Positions 37,852 through 48,349 of a stretch of 64,000 nt of DNA are shown here, piece after piece (position 1 is the stretch's first letter; every line of letters begins with the position of its first letter). The position numbers and the translations under genes are program-made. Where the stretch lies: assembly GCA_040954595.2 (NCBI GenBank), contig CM082586.2:6913337-6977336 (forward strand). Direction: 5' to 3'. Source of the DNA: Balanoglossus misakiensis (taxonomy: Eukaryota; Animalia; Hemichordata). Under the pieces are notes generated by a model that was not told the origin of the DNA, searched no databases, and saw only the letters and a list, made by a program, of their open reading frames with translations.

Positions 37852-40026
37852 ATGGCTTCTGAGGGCGGATACGTGGACAGCATGGACGAGAGGACACTGG
37901 AGAAGGCGAGACGCGAACTGAACGAAGACCCCGACACGCGGCAGGCGCACCTGGACAAACTGCGGGGGTTGTTCAACTCCCGGCCGGACATCAAATTCCG
38001 ATCCGACGACGCCTTCCTGCTGCGCTTTCTCAGATGCAAGAAATTCAACGCCGAGCGCGCCTTCAAGACTCTGGTGCACTACTACGAATCCAGGAAAAAC
38101 TACACTGAAATTTACACCGATTTTGTCCCGTCGAGGTTGGAGGACATACTACGGAAGAAAATGCACTACTTGTCAACCGGCCGCGATGACGAAGGGCGCC
38201 GAGTGTTTCTTTTCCGACCAGGTAGGCAGTTGCCGAGTGACAAATATTCTTCGAAATGAACCAGTCTGTTCTGTCCATTGATGAACAGATGTGTCATCGT
38301 GCAGACGTTTCTAATTTTAAATAATTAATAATTATCCAGACGTATCAAAGATGAACTATTTTCAGCCACAGTCAAGTGACCTAAAAATTCAAGTATTACG
38401 TACAAATCTTGAAATTTCCATAAGACCAAAAAATAAAATTCTATAAAAAATTTGTATGAAGACAATTTGTGTGACGTTTTAGCCATAAATCGTCAAAATT
38501 TGACAGGAACAGATAATGTTTGTTAATATGTTACAGAATTAATTAATATTTTTTTCAAACTATGCGTGAACACAAAAAAAGGTGAAATACTTATATTTAT
38601 ATAATACAGGGTAGGGGTTGCAGCCGGCAAAATATGCATAATTACTGTCACATCTTATTGTTTCAAGCGAAAAATACTTAGTTCTATGTCGATCAACGGA
38701 AAATCCATGACGCCCGATTGGGATTTACACTTTACATTCAAACAATTTCAGGTGTTCTGCAGCCGCAAAAGGCGGACATCCTCAGCGCTATTGCGACGTC
38801 GGTGATGATCATCGAGAAAATCCTCGGGGAGGAAGAGACACAAGTGAACGGAGTGGTGGTCATCGGCGATTTTGACAACGTCACCATGAGCCACGCCACG
38901 TGCCTCGGTCCGACCATGGCCAGGAAGTTGGCCGACCTTTTGCAGGTGGGTCCTAACACCCTATCACAACCTGTGTGACAAAAGTTGCCAGCGCCAAAAC
39001 GGGATCGTTGTGATGTGTCAAGAGCACCGCCACCTTTTGGTTGGTTAGAAAAAAGGTCTCGAAAAGGGGCCAGCGTAAACAACGAATCGCTTGACCATTG
39101 CTATCGTTGATGTCGCCTATTGTACGAAGCAGTGGCATGCAAACGGGAATTGAACTACATAAAACACATTTGAAATTGTATACGTACTTGGTATGGCTCT
39201 AGGCCTACTGTATAGAATCTGAGCTTACACGTTAGAGTGTCCAATATTCACCGGTACCCTAGAAAATAAATATATTTTTTTTTCACTGAAGAAATGTTCA
39301 CTTACCCACTCGCCCCGCAAATAACAGATATTGCTGTGACTTGTGTTTCGTTCGTAGAATGCGTTGCCAATGCGCCTGAAAGCTATCCACTACGTGAACG
39401 AGCCGGCGATATTTGACGCCATCTTTGCCCTCTTCAAGCCCTTTTTAGGCGAGAAGATCAAGAAACGGGTAAGTATATATTAAACGTGAAACACACAAAG
39501 GCGGATAAACGTGAAGATGTCGATTCCTCACAACGTTCTATGCTACATATTTTGAGACCTAAATTGGTGCTTGATACGGGCACGTGTTTTCGGAGAGAAA
39601 CTATCTGGAGATGCGTTCAACATTCCTAATGTGAAATATCTTATTCTTTATGCGATTTTAAACTTCTGATTTGCCTTCCATATTCATGTTCTGGTTTCTC
39701 CTGCTTGACCCCGCCTTTTGAATAAAATGTAACTTAATTTTTTCCCCCCTCTTACCCTATTATATTGACAGCTGCACTTTCACGGGGCCGAGTTTGACGA
39801 GCTGCATAAACACGTACCCTCTCGTCTGCTTCCCGTGGAGTATGGGGGCGCTGTGGTCGATTTCAGCAACAAAGACCTGCAAGAATCTCTGCTGGCCAGC
39901 GAGGCGGACTTCGCGGAGAACAACAAATACGGTTTCCCCAAGTCGGCTGACGCCCTCGGCGGCGGAAACATCGGCGAGGACCCAGCCACCGGTTTGAAAG
40001 GCTCGTTCAAAAAATTGGAAATTTGA
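37852..40026 (+). CDS. CRAL-TRIO / alpha-TTP-like, paralog 4; exons 37852-38221, 38752-38945, 39358-39468, 39772-40026 (309 aa)
   Basis: Same motifs and exon 2-4 sizes; ends GSFKKLEI. Confidence 0.93.
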
Positions 40027-40953
40027 CGAAGATGACTTTCTTTACTCTACAGTTATTCTTGTCTGTACGTGCATTTAGTCTTCCATTGCCTTCTTCCCAT
40101 TCTATAAACACACTGAACAAAGTTGTCCATGAGACCGTCAACATCACAGCTCCAGAGATGTAGAACATATCAGACAGCCGAAAAAAGAAAGTTTGATATC
40201 ACTGACTAGCGCCCTCTGTGGTGGGGATCAGCCGTCTTCTTCACGCAGGGCAACTGCACGGGTGAATCCATCTATCATCCCACACCCCTCTATTATCACA
40301 TCCACGACATACATACACACACAGTTGCAGTTCTTTTTAGGGGCACAAGCCTATCGGGCTTGTGCCCCTATTGGTATTGTTGGAATTTTTAGGGCCCAAG
40401 CCCAGCAGGCTTGGGCCCTACTGTTTTTACTGAAGTATTTCTTTTTCTTCTTCTGTCGTTTTTTCGGCCAGCTAGATCTGGAAAACGGCTTAACCTACCA
40501 ATTTCAAACTTGGCACAATGGTGCAGGCCAATGAGAGCTTGTGCAGTACCCTTGTGAATGTTTTATTAGTCACGTGACCTGATGACCATATATGGGCAAA
40601 ATTTTCAAATCGGCCTAATTTGCATATGAATGGAGATATCAAAATTCTGTTAAGATACTTTGTGGGCCATATGGCAAGGGTTCTACATGCCAAATGTCAA
40701 GGCCATAGGCCATGTCAATTTTGAGAAGAAGATTTTTAAGTATTATTTTTCATATTTTTCGCCCAAGCCATGTGCCTATACTTTACATAGTAAAGCTATG
40801 ACAACATATTATTTTGGATAAATATGCATACATATCTCAAAATCTGTTAGGGCCGATCATCTCCAACTTTGGTGTGCAGCTAGCCTAGCATTTGTCAATA
40901 ATTTTAAGCGAAAAAAAATACTATGAAAATCGACCGATTTTTTTATATTAATT

Positions 40954-43923
40954 ACGGGCCCAAGCCAAGCCAGGCTTGGGCCCGTATTGGTTTCGTTGGG
41001 GTTTTTCTTTCTTTAGGGCCCAAGCGCAAGCCAGCGCTTGGGCCCTATTGGTTTCGTTGGGGTTTTTCTGTCTTTCCTTCTTTCTTTCTTCTTTCTTTAT
41101 TCTTCTGTCAATTCTTTGTCGCTCTAGATCTCAGACACCACTGCAGGTACAGTTCTCAAACTTGCTACAGTGGTCAAGGTCAATGAGTAGTCGTGCATTG
41201 AACCCATGAATTTTTAATTAGTCACATGACCTGGCGGCCATCTTGGATTTTCTGAAAAAATGCAAATCTCAGATCTCAGAAACTACAAGTCAGATCAACT
41301 TCAAATTTGGCGTGCAGGTAGACTACCTTCTGTCAAACATTTTTGTAATTGGAAATTATGCTGTCAATGTTGCAGTTTTTTTGCTACAATTTTTTTTCTG
41401 AAATCTGGCTTAAATTTCAAAAATCTTCTTCTCCAGAACCGGTGATAACCGAGACACGGGGTTTGGGGTATGTGGTCACCTAACTGATGTCTATCAAGTT
41501 TGCGAAGATCATTATGATTGGTCGAAGATTGTGGCGGCCATATTGGATTTTCGAAAAACCCTAGTAAAATTTCAAAAATCTTCTTCTCGAGAACCGGCGA
41601 TAACCGAGTCACAAGATTTTGTGTGTGTGGTCATTCAACGGATGTCTATCAAGTTTGCGAAGAGGAATGTGATTGGTCGAAGATTATGGCGGCCATATTG
41701 GATTTTGTGAAAAACGATTAAAAAGTAAAAATTCCCTTTCTAGCCTAAAAGTTGATAGCACAGAAATTCTTTTTATGGATATGAATCATCATATAACAAG
41801 AATAAGCTATAAATATTTTGGTAATTTTGGCAATGACCTTTGACCTACTTTTGACGCATCAATTTTCTGCATATCTAATTCCAGGCTAACCAATAGGGCT
41901 ATAAGTTTGGTTTTTGATGTATGTGGATTTGTATGTGATCAAAAAATTTTGCTACTTTTCATGACCCCTTTGACCTCTGCTGACCTCATTAAATATGCAC
42001 ATACCTAATTACAGATGAACCAATAGACCTAGAGGTTTTGTTTTTGTTGGACAGGACAAGTATGGGGTCAAAATTTTTTACCCAAATTTTGGGTGACCTC
42101 TGGTAACCTTTGACCTACTTTCGCAAATCTCAGCATCCACAGCAGATACAGCCTTGGCGTTTGGAGGTATGGGGCCATAATGAAAAGCCAAAGTTTTTGG
42201 TCACCTGTGACACCTGCTTAACTCATTATTTATGTGCATACCTAATTCCGGGCTAACCAAAAGGGTTAGAGGTCTGGTTTTTGTTGGACATGGACCACTA
42301 TGGGTCAAAATTTTCTGCCCAAACTGTGGGTGACCTCTGGGTGACCTCTGACCTACTTAACACTATATCAGCACTAAACATAGATATAATCTTGATATTT
42401 CATGGGATAAAACACAGCATTATGTTTCTACTCATTAATTATGTGCATATCTAATAATCAAATCAGATAATAGAGCTTGGGCCCGGACAATGCTGCTTGC
42501 AGCTTTAATTATTCTTGGTTCACTTCTTTGTCGCTCTAGATCTCAGACACCACTGCAGGTACAGTTCTCAAACTTGCTACAGTGGTCAAGGTCAATGAGT
42601 AGTAGTGCATTGAACCCATGAATTTTTAATTAGTCACATGACCTGGCGGCCATCTTGGATTTTCTGAAAAAATGCAAATCTCAGATCTCAGAAACTACAA
42701 GTCAGATCGACTTCAAATTTGGCGTGCAGGTAGACTACCTTCTGGCAATCATTTTTGTAATTGGAAATTATGCTGTCAATGTTGCAGTTTTTTTGCTACA
42801 ATTTTTTTTCTGAAATCTGGCTTAAATTTCAAAAATCTTCTTCTCCAGAACCGGTGATAACCGAGACACGGGGTTTGGGGTATGTGGCCACCTATCTGAT
42901 GTCTATCAAGTTTGCGAAAATCATTGTGATTGGTCGACGATTATGGCGGCCATATTGGATTTTCGAAAAACCATAGTAAAACTTCAAAAATCTTCTTCTC
43001 AAGAACCGGCGATAATTGAGTCACAAGATTTGGGCAGTATGGTCACTATACTGATGTCTATCAAGTTTGCAAAGAGCATTGTGATTGGTCGAAGATTATG
43101 GCGGCCATATTGGATTTTGTGAAAAACGATTAAAAAGTAAAAATTCCTTTTCTAGCCTAAACATTGATAGCACAGAAATTCTTTTTATGGATATGAATCA
43201 TCATATGACAAGAATAAGCTATAAATATTTTGGTAATTTTGGCAATGACCTTTGACCTACTTTTGACGCATCATTTTTCTGCATATCTAATTCCAGGCTA
43301 ACCAATAGGGCTATAAGTTTGGTTTTTGATGTATGTGGATTTGTATGTGATCAAACATTTTTGCTACTTTTCATGACCCCTTTGACCTCTGGTGACCTCA
43401 TTAAATATGCGCATACGTAATTGATGATGAACTAATAGACCTAGAGGTTTTGTTTTTGTTATACATGGACCAGTATGGGGACAAAATATTTTGCCCAAAT
43501 GTTGGGTGACCTCGGGTGACCTTTGACCTACTTTTGCATATCTCGACATCCACAACAGATACAGCCTTGACGTTTGGAGGTATGGGGCCATAATGAAAAG
43601 CCAAAGTTTTGGGTCACCTGTGACGCCTGCATAACTCATTATTTATGTGCATACCTGATTCCGAGCTAACCAAAAGGGCTAGAGGTCTGGTTTTTGTTGG
43701 ACATGGACCACTATGGGTCAAAATTTTCTGCCCAAATTGTGGGTGACCTCTGGGTGACCTTTGACCTACTTAACACTATATCAACACCAAACATAGATAT
43801 AACCTTGATATTTCATGGGATAAAACACAGCATTATGTTTCTACTCATTAATTATGTGCATATCTAATAATCTGATCAGATAATAGAGCTTGGGCCCGGA
43901 CAATGCTGCTTGCAGCTTTAATT
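40954..43923 (+). mobile_element. HINE-like element C (split 40954-41014 and 42511-43923 by element D)
   Basis: 5' hairpin at 40954; body resumes at 42511 without its own 5' hairpin; 3' end gcttgggcccggacaatgctgcttgcagctttaatt. Confidence 0.75.
41015..42510 (+). mobile_element. HINE-like element D, uninterrupted (~1.5 kb)
   Basis: Complete 5' hairpin, 3' subterminal repeat and stem-loop; closely similar to C and E. Confidence 0.8.
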
Positions 43924-44819
43924 TTTTTATTAAATTTATACCTTTACTTATACCTCTATGGTTAAGCTATGTCCATGTCTTATTGTGGAATTCTGGTCTG
44001 TGCAATAGTCCTGTACAGTGACTGTCTATTGGTGTGTGAGCACAATGGCACCAAAATAAAAGGCACAATTTTAGGCTCACCTGTAACACCTGCTTAACTC
44101 ATTTATTATGTGCATACCTAATTCTGGGCTAACTAAGAGGGCTAGAGGTTTCGTTCTTGTGGGACATGGACCAGTATAGGGTCAAAATTTCTTGCCCAAA
44201 TTTTGGGTGACCTCAGGTGACCTTTGACCTACTTTCCTTTATCTCGGCATCCAGAGCAGGTACAGACTTGGCGTTTGGAGGGTTGGGACTAAAATTGAAA
44301 AGCCAAATTGGGGGTCACCTGTGACACCTGCATATCTCATTAATTATGTGCATACCTAATTCCAGGGTAACCAATAGGGCTATAGGTTTGGTTTTTGTTG
44401 AACATGGACCAGTATAGGGTAAAGATTTCTTGCACAATTTTTGCATGACCTCAGGTGACCTTTGACCTACTTTACCAGATCTTGGCATCGAGAGCAGGTA
44501 CAGACTTTACGTTTGGAGGGTTGGGACTAAAATTGAAAAGCCAAAATTGGGGATCACCTGTGACACCTGCCTACCTAATTAATTATGTGCATACCTAATT
44601 CCAGGCTAACCAATAGGGCTGTAGGTTTGTTTTTGTTGAACACAGACCAGTATAGGGTCAAAATATCTTGCCCAAATTTTGCATGACCTCAGGTGACCTT
44701 TGACCTACTTTACCATATCTTGGCATCCAGGGCAGATATGCTTATTGCTATGTTGCTATGTGCTATGTGCTATGTTGGCTTGGGCCCGCTATTGCTGCTT
44801 GCAGCTATATTTCTTTATT

Positions 44820-46540
44820 AGGGCCCAAGCGCAAGCCAGCGCTTGGGCCCTATTGGTTTCGTTGGGGTTTTTCTTTCTTCTTTCTTTCTTTATTCTTGTG
44901 TCAATTCTTTGTCGCTCTAGATCTCAGACACCACTGCAGGTACACTTCTGAAACTTGCTACAGTGGTCAAGGTCAATGAGTAGTCGTGCATTGAACTCTT
45001 GAATTTTTAATTAGTCACGTGACATGGCGGCCATATTGGATTTTCTGAAAAAATGCAAATCTCAGATCTCAGAAACTACAAGTCAGATTTACTTCAGATT
45101 TGGTGTGCTGGTAGTGTACCTTCTGCCCATCATTTTTGTAATTGGATATTTTGCTGTCAATGTTGCAGTTTTTTTGCTACAGTTGTTTTTCTGAAATCTG
45201 GCTTAAATTTCAAAAATCTTCTTCTCCAGAACCGGCGATAACCGAGTCACGCGGTTTGGGGTATGTGGTCACCAAGCTGAGGTCTATCAAGTTTGCGAAG
45301 ATCATTGTGATTGGTCGAAGATTATGGCGGCCATATTGGATTTTAAAAAAACCCTAGTAAAATTTCAAAAATCTTCTTCTCAAGAACCGGCGATAACTGA
45401 GTCACAAGATTTGGTGTGTTTGGTCATTAAACAGATGTCTATCAAGTTTGCGAAGAGGAATGTGATTGGTCGAAGATTATGGCGGCCATACGGGATTTTG
45501 TGAAAAACGATTAAAAAGTAAAAATTCCCTTTCTAGCCTAAAAATTGATAGCACAAAAATTCTTTTTACGGATATGAATCATCATATGCCAAGAATAAGC
45601 TATAAATATTTTGGTAATTTTGGCAATGACCTTTGACCTACTTTTGACACATCGTTTTTTCTGCATATCTAATTCCAGGCTAACCTATAGGGCTATCATT
45701 TTGGTTTTTGATGTATGTGGATTTGTATGTGATCAAAAAATTTCGCTACTTTTCATGACCCCTTTGACCTCTGCTGACCTCATTAAATATGCACATACCT
45801 AATTACAGATGAACCAATAGACCTAGAGGTTTGGTTTTTGTTGGACATGGACCAGTATTGGGTCAAAATTTGTTGCCCAAATGTTGGGTGACCTCGGGTG
45901 ACCTTTGACCTACTTTTGCATATCTCGACATCCACAGCAGATACAGCCTTGGCGTTTGGAGGTATGGGGCCATAATGAAAAGCCAAAGTTTTGGGTCATC
46001 TGTGACACCTGCTTAACTCATTATTTATGTGCATACCTAATTCCAGGCTAACCAAAAGGGCTAGAGGTCTGGTTTTTGTTGGACATGGACCACTATTGGT
46101 CAAAATTTTCTGCCCAAATTTTGGGTGACCTCAGATGACCTTTGACCTACTTTTGCATATCTCGGCATCCAAAGCAGGTACAGCCTTGGCATTTGGAGAT
46201 ATGGGGCCATAATGAAAAGCCAAAGTTTTGGGTCACCAGTGACACCTGCTTAACTCATCATTTATGTGCATACCTAATTCCGGGCTAACCAAAAGGGCTA
46301 GAGGTCTGTTTTTGTTGGACATGGACCACTATGGGTAAAATTTTCTGCCCAAATTGTGGGTGACCTCTGGGAGACCTTTGACCTACGTAACACTATATCA
46401 GCACCAAACATACATATAACCTTGATATTTCATGGGATAAAACACAGCATTATGTTTCTACTCATTAATTATGTGCATATCTAATAATCAGATCAGATAA
46501 TAGAGCTTGGGCCCGGACAATGCTGCTTGCAGCTTTAATT
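44820..46540 (+). mobile_element. HINE-like element E, uninterrupted (~1.7 kb, one extra internal ~237-bp unit relative to D)
   Basis: Same termini as D; extra unit with gtgcatacctaatt at ~46029 and ~46266. Confidence 0.8.
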
Positions 46541-48349
46541 ATTATTCTTCTTCTTCTTCCGAGAAATTCGGCCAGGTAGATCTGGAAAACCGCAGCACCT
46601 AGGGGGCTGAAACTTGGTAGGGTGGTATGGGCCAATGAGTAGACGTGCAGTGGCTCGTGAATATTTAATTAGTCACGTGACCTGGCGGCCATATTGGATT
46701 TCCTGAAAATCGTTAAATGAGTCCTTCTCAAAAACCACTGGGCCGATCGAGTTCAAATTTTGTGTGCAGGTAGCCTACCTTCTGTCCATCATTTTACCCC
46801 ATTGAAATCATGACGTCATACATAAAGTTTTTTTGCTACAATTGTTTTTCTGAAAAACTACTTAAAACTTTAAAAATCTTCTTCTCCAGAACCAGCGGTT
46901 ACCGAGTCTCGGGATTTGGGATATGTGGTCACCTAACCTATGTCTATCAAGTTTGCGAAGCGCACTGTGATTGGTCGATCATTATGGCGGCCATGTTGGA
47001 TTTTCGGAAAACCATTGAAAAGTGATAATTCCGTTTTGTAGCCAAAATGTTGACAGCATGGAAATTCTTTTTCTGGATATGAGTCATCATATGACCGGAA
47101 GTTGTCACAATTTTTCGGGCAATTTTCACATGACCTTTGACCCAGTTTTAAAACAACTAATTATATATGCATATTCCCCATACCTCCTCTTGTCAAAGCA
47201 CCACAGTCATGAATTTTGTGGACATAGGTACCAATGCTGCCAGGACATGACACAAATATTTTGGTAATTTTGACAATGACCTTTGACCCATTTCTGAAAC
47301 ATCATTTTTCTGCATATCTAATTCCATGCTACCCAATAGGGCTAGAGGTCTGGTATTGGTTGGACATGGCCCACTCTGGGCTCAAAATTTTATGCCCTAA
47401 TTTTAGGTGACCTTCGGTGACCTTTGATCTACTTTCCCATATCTCAGCATCCAGAGCAGTTAGAGCCCTGGCTTTTATGGGGATTGAGCACATAATGGAG
47501 TCTTACACAAGACCTCATTAATTATGTGCATACCTAATTGCAGGCGAACCAATAGGGCTAGGGGTCTGGTTTTTTGTTGGATCTAGACTAGTATGGGGTC
47601 CAATTTATTTGCCCAAATTGGGGTGACCTCAGGTGACCTTTGACCTACTTTCCCATATCTTGGTATCCCCAGCAGATACAGCCGTGGCATTTGCTGGTCA
47701 CCATGGGAACCGCTTGTGCCCCGCCAACGCTGCTTGCAGCTTTAATTGTTTACTGAAATCTATATTTGTCTTGGTATGCTCGGAGATGACGGCTTATGGA
47801 AAGATTTTCATCGTAGTCCTTTTTGTGAACAAGCTATTTCTGTAGACAGTGAACTATATGCTATACACACCTGCCTGCCTGCAAGAGTCCTTTGCCTCAT
47901 GCAGAACAATGTGATTACTGTGTGCAATAAAATGAATGTTATATCTACATGGATTTTTACACATTTGTATGTGCGGCAGGCAGCTTCTATCCACTAAGAG
48001 AAAACAAACAAACAGGAATACACTTATTCCTGTTTGTTGGGAAATTTTTGGCAAAGCGGGCGTCTACTTATTTGAACGTTTTTAACAAACACTATGCAGT
48101 GAATTTGGGAAAGTCCCCTGACTGGCTGCTACAGACAGGTTGGACTGTACTTAAAGACTTGTGTTTCACTTCGAGGTGTATACAAGTCTGTCATTGATGC
48201 CACGAGTACTGGACCTGTTGACATAATATGTGTGGGATAAGCATTCCTTGGTAATATGCATTTATGATGGAGCAAGACAGTTGTGGCTTTCCAAATACGT
48301 CTAACAGACCATCTCTGTGTTCATGTACGTCTAAGAAAAACTCTGAGCA

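Larger units (their letters stand above)
40391..44811 (+). mobile_element. HINE-like element B (split ~40391-40953 and ~43924-44811) with ~238-bp internal tandem repeats
   Basis: 5' gggcccaagc..gcttgggccc; 3' gcttgggcccgctattgctgcttgcagc; gtgcatacctaatt recurs at ~44110, 44348, 44587. Confidence 0.7.
40339..47747 (+). mobile_element. Helentron/HINE (DINE-1-like) non-autonomous element A, outermost; split into ~40339-40390 and ~46541-47747
   Basis: 5' hairpin ggggcacaagc..gcttgtgcccc; matching 3' subterminal gcttgtgcccc at ~47712 followed by stem-loop gctgcttgcagc and tttaatt. Confidence 0.75.

Noticed and set aside
40339-47747. Repeat array resembling CRISPR, or encoding repeated small ORFs (MQISDLRNYK..., MAFHYGPIPP...)
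   Set aside because: No unique spacers or cas genes; units are 155-238 bp internal repeats of non-autonomous elements, with short ORFs inconsistent between copies
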